Assembly: GCF_000400465.1 (NCBI RefSeq)
Contig: NW_008806283.1
Location: 150,001-182,000 of the forward strand
Reading direction: 5' to 3'
Origin: Wallemia ichthyophaga EXF-994
Taxonomy: Eukaryota > Fungi > Basidiomycota
Length of the DNA stretch: 32,000 bases
Positions 20,151-31,900 of the stretch are shown piece by piece (the first letter of the stretch is position 1; each line of letters opens with the position of its first letter). A program made the position numbers and the translations under genes. The notes below the pieces were generated by a model that saw nothing but the letters and a program-made list of their open reading frames with translations, was not told the origin of the DNA and did no database searches.

Positions 20151-22419
20151 TTACGTATTCATGCCATCTAAGGCTAATCTTGCTGGTTCACTAACGGAGA
20201 ATTTATCCTGAGACAAAGTCAAGAGCGATTTATCGAATTCCAATAAACGCATACGTGTACGTATCTCACTACGAGCTTGGTAGGGCTGACCTTCAATTGA
20301 ATTCGAAAGGTTACGAAGTGTCCATACAGCAGCAGCTCTAACTCTCTCATCCCAGTGCGTAAGTAATCGCTTCAAGTTGCTGCATATAAGCGGTCGCCAT
20401 AGCAACGTTTTCTTCTGTTCATATGAGCCAGTTGCGACATTATTTACAACATACGCAGCTTGCAATAAAATCTCTACTTGATTTGTTTGAAACTTATGTT
20501 CAATAATCTCCAGAAACTTATCCTCTCCACCAAATCCACTACAAACCAGATTGATATCTACTTCTCTTGTAACTAAATTTCTCAAAACAAATAAAACTTG
20601 CTCAACAACTTCGCTATTGCTGTCATTCAACAGCTTCTTGAAGTGATTATATCCAATTTGATCACAAATAAACCTCTTCAACTCTGTCGATGCAGCAAAA
20701 ACCATATTCTTAATAGCCCAAAGAGTATTCAATCTAACCTTGTGCGATTTCGAGTACGTAAGTTTCACTAGAATCTTTACTCCACCATTTTGTATTAACT
20801 TTTGCTTTAATGGTGAGAATCCGCACACTAAGTTAGCTAAAGCCATCAAGGCTATCACTTTATTACGTTCATTTTCCTCATCATTAGAGATTATGCTCAA
20901 TAATGTCAATTCAACACCTGAATCAACCAATGATGTACGCAACACTCCTACACTTCTACTCAGTGCTCTGATGCACTGTGCAGCTGAGCCTCGAATACCT
21001 TTGGCTTTATGTTGTAAAGATACCGCGATTGCTTTTAATAAATGTGCATCAACGATCAATGTTCTCAATTCATCTAAATGAAGTGCAAGCGCTGCAACTA
21101 TCATCAGAATCCCTTCTTGTAATTTCAGGTTGTCTTCTGATAGCTTACTACCTTCCACGTTGTACTCGTCTTTTTCATACAGCAGACAAGTCTGAAATAT
21201 ATCATTCAGCTTGTTGAGTATACCTGATTTGCACGCATGGTCTTCTAAGTCCGTCGCATCTGACAATATAGTCGCTAAGATGGATGATGCCGGTATCTGT
21301 ATCTCAATGTTTTCATCAAGTAGTCGAATCAGCTGCTCGATTAACTCCAATGCTTTCGGCCTATCAATGGTTGATATAAGTTGGATCGTCGGGGGTCCAT
21401 CGGGTCTAAGAAGGTCTGATTGCTGACTTTTGATAATGTGTACTAGTCTGTTGTTATAATATAAGTCGAATTCAAGATCATTTCAAAACAACTCACGTTT
21501 TACATGCTTCAAGTCTTAATTGGGGACTCTTGCATTCAAAAAATATTGTCAGTGATGGTATTGCTCTCACTATGGCATATAAATGTTAGAATCATCTAAT
21601 AGCATGAATCGGCACGGACTTTGTACCTGTCTAAATGCTAAAACCGCAGGTGAATAGTCTTTGCACAAGGAACCAAGCAGTTTGAGCGCTGCAATTTGAA
21701 GCTATGAAATGGTTAGTTGAATATAATTAAATAAAGGGATCTCACTTTTTGTACATCGCAATAGATGTATTTAGCCAAATGGTCAAGCAGACCCTCTACG
21801 GAAAGAAGCGATGCTTTGTGTCGAGTATCATTCACTGTGGTCAACAAAGTGATCAAGTTGATGACGAGTTTTCTATTAGACGATGTGAGATGTTTGAGGA
21901 GATTAGGTAGGTGCGGAGACTGAATGAATTTGTAAGTCTTTGGCAGGATAGAGCTACATTACCTACAAAAAAAATGTTATTGAGTTGCGCTGCAGCCCTA
22001 GAGCATATATCGTCATCGATTTGCATACTATCTTTGTCGATACCGGCTCTATTGTTATTCGAAAAGGTGGTGATTGTTTTGTAGAAGATAGATGCATTCC
22101 GTAGACATCTGAACAAGTACTCAAGGACGCGTTGACAGTTACAGACGGTTGCAGTCTCAACTAAGCGTTTAACGACGCCATCAAGTACATTGATTAATAG
22201 GTATTGATGATTTGGTTCCATGTTTATATTGGTGTACAAACTGCCAATAATTAACGAAGATTGTATCAGCCTGTCAGTATCAACTTGATTATGTAAATTC
22301 GACGGCGAAATCTGATCAATCAATGATTCCACTTGGCCTTTACTCTCAGAAAGCTGCTTCTTTTGTACTACATCTCCTATAACACTATTCTTAAGCAACT
22401 TCAACTGATGTGTATCCAT
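20151..22419 (-). CDS. VID28: Armadillo-repeat GID/CTLH subunit (Vid28/Gid5/ARMC8); introns 21920-21966, 21702-21745, 21570-21619 and 21448-21496
   Basis: N-terminal LKLLKNSVIGD. ARM repeats with AAQCIRALSRSVGVLRTSLVD and VRLNTLWAIKNMVF. The four-intron model stays in frame. Confidence 0.85.
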
Positions 22420-22785
22420 GACTGATGATGGTGCTGATGATGGTCAAGGTCGAGAAGGCAAAGTGATTAAAGCATTCATATATCTCAGCACATCAATAGC
22501 AACTTACAACTTAGCTGGCAAGATTTATAGGCACCACCGACAAACACCATCTTCCAGCTCCGTACATGAGATAAGACACAAATCAAGAGAGCGAGACATC
22601 AAAACCTTTCATTCGATCTATTATATTATTTGATAGCACGAAGCTTTTGTTGATACATACTGGTCTGCGACTCACACCATATATGAGCTACATCAGCCAT
22701 GTACAACAAACTCTAGGATGCGGTTGTCCGAACGGAATATATATTATCAACTTAAAGCATTCATCAGTAAGTCATAAACGCTTTT

Positions 22786-23223
22786 ATCACCTCGTTAAAC
22801 TTCGTTAATCTACGTTAACGGGATTGGTATAAAGAGGCAATTCTTCTCTTCCTAAAACTTTAAGACGGTTAGTGAACAACTAAAGTGGATTAGAAGCAAT
22901 GCTCACACAGCACGTCAGGTACTCCAAAGGATCATATTCTATAGGTCGTATCCAGTCTATCGCAGATTTAATTCTGCCACTTTATCATTGGCTCGACGAT
23001 GACTAGTGACCTCCTTCCCTTATTCACCGAGAACTCTGAGGTGGTAGCACGCTGCTAGCCTCTCGATGACGTGCACGCGAACTAATTGTCGACGTTGATT
23101 TCAATGTCTTGACGTGGTTTGTCGTGAGGGACTTGGAGTGTTTTCTGAGGCCATTATGATTGTATTTTTAATGATTTATTTGATTAATCTTTTATGTTCT
23201 AAACAAGCCTGATAAGTCTGTTT
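22786..23223 (-). repeat. Right arm of the long inverted repeat (438 bp)
   Basis: Reverse complement of 9160-9593 at about 99% identity by manual alignment. Confidence 0.97.
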
Positions 23224-23572
23224 TAGGACGTTGCTTTCATGAATAGTGAACTTGGCAAATGTATATAATTCCAGCTCTGCACTTAACCATGGTGTGATGC
23301 CAATCAACACATCGACGTTATAATCCATGTGGCCAAGAAACGAACGTACTCTAAATATTTTATTTATTTAGTTCTGTCTGACGTAGGCATTCCTCGATCG
23401 ATTAAAAGTCAATCATTGCAACAGACTCCGAAACACCGCAGCCCCGAAACTGAACAAGTGATGCGTCACCTGCAATCTAACAAACTAGCACATATGCCTA
23501 TAAAATTGTATTTGACTATTCATACGCCGCTGCACCTAACGCACGCTTCTTATAAGATCACTCTCATCGTCG

Positions 23573-23899
23573 ATGACAACGCTTTTATACAGAAATCTGC
23601 TGAGAGAATTCAGCAGAAGTGTAAGATGGACCTTCGTTTAGATATTGTGCTAAGAGGAGCTACAGACACCGCCCGGTGAGCGTAATGGTCAGATATTCGC
23701 CCATCTGCGTACACTCTTCGCATCAGCGAGCCACTCAAAGGAAGATATGGAAAGCATGGTGGATTTCCTGAGGGCATCTAGACAACACAAAGAGTTATTG
23801 AAGCGCTACAATCCACTTTCAGACCAGACGCCACAAGAGAGGGTCGAAGCAACTGCCAGAAGGGTTGGTTTGGCAGTTCCACAGACACCCGATTTTTAA
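23573..23899 (+). CDS. FMC1: Mitochondrial ATP synthase assembly factor Fmc1 (93 aa); intron 23621-23665
   Basis: Absent from the ORF track. Spliced product MTTLLYRNLLREFSRS-TPPGERNGQIFAHLRTLF...MVDFLRASRQHKELLKRYNPLSDQTPQERVEATARRVGLAVPQTPDF has the LYR-like start and the Fmc1 C-terminal RYNP...ERV..TARRVGL motif. Confidence 0.85.
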
Positions 23900-24105
23900 C
23901 TTTAATTACGATTGCATTTATCAATACAAATACAAGTTAATTATTAAATTTGGCTTGTGTGTTTGAAGTGAGAAGTAGCAGAAATTTATTCGGAGTTCCA
24001 TAGACATGTCAATGCTCATCCCAAAGCATCCTTGATATCTTGCTCCTTGTTAATACAGTTGAAAAAGAAAATCCCAAATATAAGTAGACAAAAAATACCA
24101 TCATT

Positions 24106-25691
24106 TCACTTGGTCATACCATTGATATCAATCGCAAGAGCTGACGGGTAAGACACCCTCTCGATTTGTTGGTCAATTTGATCACCAAAATCTGATTCCA
24201 CGTCTATATTCATTGCTTGTTGTTCTGGCGTACCTGTATGGAATCTAGATGGTTTGAAAATTTGTGTCAGTTTAGAGAACGCAGACGATTTAGTTGTTGA
24301 GTTGAATTTTGGGCTGGCATCGTTTGGTGACGCAGGTGGTGTCGATAAGGGTGTTAATAGACTTTCAGGTTGCTTAGATGTAAATGAGCCATCGGTTTCG
24401 TTAGAGTTGCAAGACGAGTCTGATGATTCAACGGGCACAGCCACTTTCTTAAGGTTTGGCTTCCTCTCCACCCGTCTGAGGTGTTGAAAATTGACTTCCT
24501 TTGGTGGTGTTGTTGGCGGCGTCAGTGGCAGCTTGTCGTTCTTGTTTGCCCTCTGCCTTACTCTTGGCCTCTTTGGCGAACCTAATTCTTTAGCGTTTGG
24601 TGGAGGTGGGGGTGGTACCACCATTTGTTGTTGTTGAAGATCAACTTGCTGTTGTTGGATTCTATTAGCAACAGCAGATGCAGCGGCAGATGATGTAGCA
24701 GCGGCAGCTTGTCTTGCGGCTTTGTGTGCATGCTTCAATTGAGAAGGTGTCAAGGTAAACTTTTCAACTTGCATTACCCTTTGTTTCAACTCATCAAGAC
24801 TGCATCTTTGAATTGGATCAATAGTGAATATCCTTTTCAAGATGTAATTTGTGAGATCTGATATTGGTAGGATCGTTTTTAGAAAGTCTGGTTCTCGAAG
24901 GTACGCAGAGAATGTCTCATCTGTCAGACTTGCTTCTTTCCAGGGGTTTCTACCGCAGGTTAAATTGACCAAAATAACACCAAGAGACCATATATCGTTG
25001 CGCTTTGTGCAGTAAGGAACTTTTCTGTGAGTCAGAGCCCCATGACAATCTGTACGGAGTTAGTAATTAAATTCCGGAAAAAGTCAATGAACTGACCTGG
25101 ACTCATATAGAAGCTGGAACCGCAGCCAAAATCACCTGAACGTCTCTCTGAAGTAGCCAAACCAAAGTCAGCTAGCAAAATGTTGTTGCCACCCGCAGTA
25201 CACAGAATGTTTTCGGGTTTGAGGTCACGATGGTAAATGCCGAGGCGATGGCAATGTTGAACGGCGTCAACTATTTGTAGAAATACCGACTTGATTAGCT
25301 CGTCGTTGTCGATATATTTGAATTGTTCTGTTATCATTGAAAAAAGGTCGCCTGCTTGAGCATATTCCAAAACAACGAAGATTGTGGCTGGACTATCAAT
25401 AATCGCATGAACGGTTGCGATATTTTGATGTGATGAAGCTAAACCATGCAAAGCAATTTCCCTTCTTTGAAAAGCTTTCTGACGATCATCCAAGCCATAC
25501 TTAGGCAAACACTTAACGGCGTACAGTTCACCGAGCGGTCTATAGTAGTCGTCTAGTCTTTCAGCTAATAGTACTGTACCGTATGCGCCAGTACCAATAG
25601 TGCTAATGAATTTGAGCTTAATACGTCCATCGTCCAGGGTTGACTGTAACAGCGATTGTGCCTGCTGGACGTGCTGTGGGAAGTTGGACAT
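24106..25691 (-). CDS. Ser/Thr kinase of the Ran1/Pat1 (Sks1/Vhs1-like) family; intron 25050-25096
   Basis: IGTGAYGTV, YAVKCL, HRDLKPEN, DFGLAT, FGCGSSFYMSP and NDIWSLGVILVNLTCGRNPW motifs; Gln/Pro-rich tail. Confidence 0.9.
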
Positions 25692-26163
25692 GATTTGTAT
25701 GTAAAAGCTTCTTTCTTGAACGTTGCAGTCGAGAAGTTAAATTCAATTTTAGTTTAAGATCGAGGTGTGTGAACGAGTACAGAGACGGCGTGTCTAGTCC
25801 TTGTGATGATATCATACGCAGAATTCATAAATTTATTTACCGTTTAAGGAAAGGAAGCAATTATGTTGTAAATTTCGGCGAATTGATCAATATGCGCTTG
25901 TTAATCGCTAGTTTGAGTGTATTACCAAAGCGTAGGAAAATCTTCAATCATGGATTCAACTCAGACATTAATTTAGTAACTAAAACATCAATTTGGAAAA
26001 CTCGGGTGTATTTCTCGTGAATAAACTTTATGCTATTATTAAAATTACAAATTCGTGAAGCTGTGGTATATGATACTGAGTGGTAGTTGAAGAATTGTAC
26101 ATCTGGAAGTTTAATGAAGGATAACGCGGCATGATGGCAACATGTTAAACATTAACTATGATG

Positions 26164-26871
26164 TCATCTTAAGCTTTTGCACCTCTCATGATAAACGTTG
26201 AATACACTATCTTCATCTTTATAATAGCTTGGTAGAACATCTTTGACCATGTCTTTGTCAACCATTAAAGTTAAGTGACTGGATTTGTTCGCAGTATTCG
26301 CTGCTGGTTTGGGTTTTATTGGTAGCTCATTCAAATAAGCCAAGGAGCTGCGTGAGTTTTTAGACTCTGGGTCAAGTGACCAGGTGGAAGATAATGGCGA
26401 TTGCGGGTGGTCATCGACACTGTATGAGTTAACTTGATGTGAGCGGAAGGGATGAGAACTTACAATTCTAATTTATTGCTAAACTTAACACCTTTTATGC
26501 TCTCCTTGTTAATCAATTGGTTAAAGTCTTTATCTATCCAGGAACTGGGCTGATTAAAGAAGGAGCTAGCACTGGACCTAGTTGAGGGAGTCGTTGTAGG
26601 CGATTTACTTAATTTTATCGAGTCAATCGATTGTAACAAAGCGTATAATCAAGACTCACAGGTTTATATGACTCGTGTTGTGATTCGACTGAAAGAGCTT
26701 GTCTTGAGGGGAATTCTTGTATTGAATATTACTCTCATCGTTCTTGTAATCCGCAGCTTTCCTTCTAATCTGCCAGCAAAGAACGATGACGAATACAACG
26801 ACAGCGAGTACACCCGTGGCGATTACCGAGCCAAAGACGATAGTTTTCGTATTTTCAGATTTATAAGTCAT
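26164..26871 (-). CDS. Orphan single-pass membrane protein (about 203 aa); introns 26608-26659 and 26420-26463
   Basis: TM segment IVFGSVIATGVLAVVVFVIVLCW followed by RRK. Two canonical introns (GTGAGT...AAG, GTAAGT...CAG) extend ORF 26656-26928 in frame to TGA at 26164. The upstream ATG at 26928 is an alternative start. Confidence 0.7.
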
Positions 26872-27247
26872 ATTAGAGACAGAGAAGGGGATGAGGATGT
26901 AGAAAATCCCAGTGACATAGCATTCCAATTCCCGTGTTTGTGTGGCTGCGTATCAAACAAGGCATGGTATTAAGGCATTCAATTGGAGTGAAATGAGAAA
27001 TATTCTTAAGTTATCAGGCTACAAGGGGAAAAAGCATTTTGAAGAAGCATGTTGGTCGATTGAGTGACTCGAAGAACGTCAGATACATTCAACTAGCCAA
27101 ATTAAATCGATCATTTATCTCAGTTGAGTGGTATTCATTTGAGTAGTCTTTAACTTCAAATATTCTGGGCCACTTCAACTTGATTGAGAAATTGAAAGAA
27201 GAAGTTTTGTCGAAGAGGCCCATATAAAAGAAAGTTAAAATATTACA

Positions 27248-28972
27248 ATGATGATTTCAAGAAACTTACATAAATTTAATAGGCTAGGCATTAGGAATTA
27301 TACTCATTTTGTTACTACCCCGATTTTCTACGTCAACGCTGATCCCCATATTGGTCACTTATATTCAATTGTTGTCGCGGATACTATCGCGCGTTACTTG
27401 AAATTGAAACACCCCTCCGATAATGTCGCTTATTCTACTGGCACAGACGAGCACGGTTTGAAAGTTCAACAAGCTGCTACCGCCCATTCAACTACACCTC
27501 TTAAATTATGTGACAACATCTCCCCCAAATTTAAAAGTCTAGCAGATTTAGCTCTGTCTTCTCATACAGATTTCATAAGAACCACCAGTCATCATCATAT
27601 CAACACTGTCCATTCCCTATGGTTGGACTTATTCAACAAAGGCTACATCTACAAAGGTAGCCATCAAGGCTGGTATGCTGTATCCGATGAAGCTTTTTAC
27701 TCTGATTCATCTGTCACCGATCACTTTGATCACTCTACCGGTGAATCGTATAAAATTTCCACTGAAACTGGAAAAAGGGTCGAATGGATGTCTGAAACTA
27801 ATTACAAGTTTAAACTTAAACATTTCAGACAAAAGTTGATTGACTGGTTGTTATCAAATCCTAAAGCTATACACCCACCCCAGCAATACAACGCTATCCT
27901 TTCTTCCCTTCAGTCAAATCAGAGCGCCAACTCAGATTTGTCCATATCCCGTCCTTCCAATCGCTTAAACTGGGGTATTCCCGTCCCTAACGATCCTTCA
28001 CATACCATTTACGTTTGGATTGATGCTTTGACTAATTATTATTCTGTTGCTCAACTTCATGGTCTAAGCACTTGGCCTGCTGATATACACGTAGTTGGCA
28101 AAGACATTATTAGGTATATATAAAATCTTCTCATTTGCCTTTAATGCTCATAAGCATTACAGGTTTCACGCTATATACTGGCCTGCTCTACTTTTGGCTT
28201 CAAATAAGCCATTGCCAAAAATTATTCTTAGTCACGCACATTGGACCATGAACGGTTCCAAAATGTCTAAATCCACTGGTAATGTCGTCGATCCTTTCGT
28301 CGCAATTCACAAGTATTCTGCAGACGTACTGAGGTTTTACTTACTTAGAGTTGGTGGTAACTTCGCAAATGACGCTGATTTTAAGCAACACGAATTAGAT
28401 CTGAAATACAGCTCTACTTTAAAGGGCCTACTTGGTAATTTGTTGTCAAGAATTAGTGGAAAAAAAATTATGGATAAACTTTCAAATGCTAATCCCATCG
28501 ATATTCATCCTAATGATAATGAAGAGATCTTACATAACAAGTTGGTTTCTTTGCATACTCGGTTCATAACTTCTATGGATACCTTTGAGATGGGAAAAGC
28601 TTTGGAAACCATCGAAGATACCCTTCACGAGGTTTGTCTGTTCATCTTCTTTTCTTTTATATTTACTCGACCGATCAGGTTAACAGATATTTCACAAAAG
28701 TTGAGCCGTGGTCTGATCATACCTCAATTGAGGAGTGCGCGCGATGTGTCATGTACGCTCGGGAAACACTGCGTATTATTGGTATTCTCCTTCAACCAAT
28801 CATGCCAAATAAAAGCAAAGAATTGCTTGACAAACTAGGTGTCGATTTATATGCAAGAAATTTGCAAGACGCTGCACTGAATATTTCACTCACTCAGACC
28901 TTAACACTCAATACCCAAACAGCTGTACTTTTTCCACCTCTTATTGAAAAGACTACAAGTAATTTAAATTAA
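27248..28972 (+). CDS. MSM1: Mitochondrial methionyl-tRNA synthetase; introns 28114-28162 and 28632-28678
   Basis: TTPIFYVNADPHIGHLY (HIGH motif), TGTDEHGLK, WGIPVP...IYVWIDAL, GKDI and KMSKS motifs; basic presequence. Confidence 0.95.
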
Positions 28973-31900
28973 TCATTTATGATCTTTTTCGCGACAAGCA
29001 AGCTTCAATTAACGTCACTTAGACGACATTAGCAAAGAAACTTACATGAATGTTTCTTCCAATTCTTAAAGGTTATTAATACTACTCAATCACTCTTTCT
29101 ACACAAGGCTCAACTGCAAAATTTCCTTGGATGCCACCGATAATTCAATGCATCGCTATTTCTTTTTGCTGTCTGATATGACTGCGGGTAGAATGCTTTG
29201 GACGTTGTACCTTTCACAAATTTTGGTATGAAAGGAAATATAAAAGAGCATTGATCAGGTATTTCAAGTATGCTCTATCGTCAAGAACGGTCTCAGTCAC
29301 GTGCACAAATCGCCAGTATGCTGAGATGGTTTTGGTTGTGATTAGAGCGAGTAAGCTAAGAAGTAAAGGAAATTGACTCAAAATAGCGCGCATAAGTTGC
29401 AAGGTAAAGTAGGACGGTCATGTGGTAATCAATACCCAATGAAGTAGGGTCTTCCCAAGAAAGTCCAGTGCTAGTATTAAGGACATTTTTCAAACTCTAC
29501 AGAATTTGACATTTCGCACGAATTTGAGAATATTGAGATTTAATTTCTCAGATGATCTCTAAAACTCCTTAATTACCGAATGTGCTCAGAAATTGTAGTT
29601 TTTCGCAGTTCACAGTCAGAAAATTTAAATTCACCCATATATCAAAAAGACTTCGAACTGCTAGGTTGTGGGGTACTTCAAGTAATGGCTCACGGACAAA
29701 GGTGATTAAATCGAATCCACAGAAATGCTATGTTAATTTACTGGAAAAGACATAAGAGCAGATGCTCCAGTAAAGGAGGCTACTATGTACTATGTGGTTA
29801 TATGATGATAATACGTCTTGAAAATCCTCACACACGTTTGGGATAGGGCGTCAACGAGAATGGCAGAGACGATCCGATGGAGGGCACTTGTTTACTATGC
29901 AGCTAAGGATCAATACAGCTGCACAAATAATTTCCTGTAAGTCTTCTTGGTTCAAATACCTTGGCGTCGAGGGGCAGAGATACTAAAGAGTTGTTAGTGA
30001 TAGAGCACCGTACGTTGAGAATAGTTGCCAGCAGCGCGAACGAGTCCGACTGGAATCCCGTATTACTAACTTTAAATTAAAAGCAGCATTCTTCCAGTAA
30101 CGGCAATAGAGTTCCGCATCTTAAACCAATCCTCCACTGGAATTTATAGAAACCGGTTTAAGGAGAAGTCCACAAATGTTTCTTTTTGTAAATAATCTCC
30201 CTTTTGGTAGCGGAAGAATATTTCATCACATCTATTGTGAGATCAACATTTGCCTTTTATTAAGTTTATGTGCATTGAGATAGGCTTGAAACGAAAATTG
30301 GCCTTTAGAGCAGGAAGACTAAGTTATCAATATTCTGTATAATCTTTATAAATTGCGACCAAACCTGGATTATATTGTACCCACTTTTCAATAGTGCTGT
30401 CCCTTTAGCTACGCTAAAAGCTTGAAACCACAATTCCTTGGGTGTGTCTTCTCCTTATATTTTGTCATGTAGATGACAAAGTTCGGAAAAGTAAGTATCA
30501 GCAACGATATTTCGGTGCAAAACCAAAATGTTATGCAAAATGCCAAAATTTCCGTTTTCTCGACTAGAGATCCTTTGTGGCTAGAACAAAAAATCAGAAC
30601 AGCTGCCCATTAATACAATCTAGGATCGTAAATCCTTCTGTAGCATTTGAAGAAAAAATATCGTATGATAATTGAGTTATGATTTATTTTTTTCGTACGG
30701 AGACAACGTTAAACCGTGTACCATATTACACGACATTATTAGAACTCAATTTAAAAATGCAATAGACTCGATACGGGTTTCATGCTCACGTAAGGAATGA
30801 AAAGAAAAGCTTGACGACTATCTATTGATGTACTTATAAGGCGTACAAATCAGAAAAGAAATCATAATGATAAGCGAAAAGGCTTAAAATAACAAATTTG
30901 GCGCATGAGCTTCTGCCCACTCTTGCAGCCAAAGACGAGCACGAAAACTGCCTTTTTCAATAAAGTTCGTTATTGGATATCCTCAGCTTTTAAAAAACAT
31001 TCGTTTTCCACTTGGTGAAGAAAATTGTTTCAGTGAGGCGGTGCTTCCTTTTCAAGTTTTGAGTTAACCTTAACTGTCATTAAATGTAATTCAAATTCCT
31101 GTCACTACGTTCCGAACTTTTTTGAGACGAGTTATTTCAGTTTACTTTTACTGTTTTTATTAGTGCGTCATGTCTTGTTATAAAGCGGTTTTCTCTATTT
31201 CATCAGTTTGCTTTCTTTGAACTCTAGTCGCGCTTCAAGCTTTAATTACATGTCTCGATAGAATTTTGTCCGCTTTCTGCATCTTTCACTGATGTATGAC
31301 TTGAGGACAAATATCTTAAATTGAGATATAATTCTCACTTTCTAAATTTCGTGACTAAAGAACGTCTTCAATTTCGATAGGCTTATTTTACAACTGTTAG
31401 CTCGGAACGTTTTAGTAGAACGCATTTGTCTTTCGGCAAGAAACGGATCTCAAGAGTAAATTCGGGGCGTCGCTCGTTGACTTAAGGTGACTTGTAGCAG
31501 TTTAGAAATGAAATTTACTTGAAAATTCCGTCTCATTTAATGATTTTCTAAGAAGCTTTTAATTATCATCATGTTTTCGACATCTTGTTTTTTTATATAG
31601 GATTGATTACGTCAATGTAAATTTAGTATGATTGAACTTTTTTAATTATGCGATTTCCATTAATTCATATTTTCACGTTAACGGTAACTCTAATAAACAT
31701 TCAGATAGGAATAAGTTTTGTTTTAAACATTTTAACCGTTTTAAAACCTACATTGAATTCCTCGACAGTCTCTTATTGTAAATATAATGTAACGTTAAGT
31801 TCTAACCTGAAGTTAAGTGACTAAAGAATATAGGTCACTTTTACATGATCATACTGCGATTTCATACTTCAATAATATTTTGCCTGAAACATATGCTTTG

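Noticed and set aside
22418-22633. 71-aa plus-strand ORF just inside the right arm
   Set aside because: It lies in the VID28 promoter/5' region with no recognisable motif.
9594-22785. The invertible block as a mating-type locus
   Set aside because: No pheromone receptor, pheromone precursor (CAAX), homeodomain or HMG gene recognised inside or beside it in this window.
9151-23232. The IR-bounded block as a DNA transposon, Pack-type element or Starship
   Set aside because: No transposase or tyrosine recombinase, no target-site duplication, and the cargo is conserved housekeeping genes in native compact arrangement.
23329-23679. 116-aa ORF beside the right arm; an apparent intron (23346-23386) could link it to an ATG at 23327
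   Set aside because: It overlaps FMC1 exon 1 and intron in another frame, has no recognisable motif, and lies in the probable FMC1 promoter/UTR; most likely chance.
29214-29402. 62-aa minus-strand ORF with a hydrophobic N-terminus
   Set aside because: No convincing splice extension or family match; could be a remnant but cannot be supported.
29898-29962. Hairpin (tgcagct...agctgca) and B-box-like GGTTCAAATACC suggesting a tRNA
   Set aside because: No cloverleaf can be folded and the spacing is wrong.
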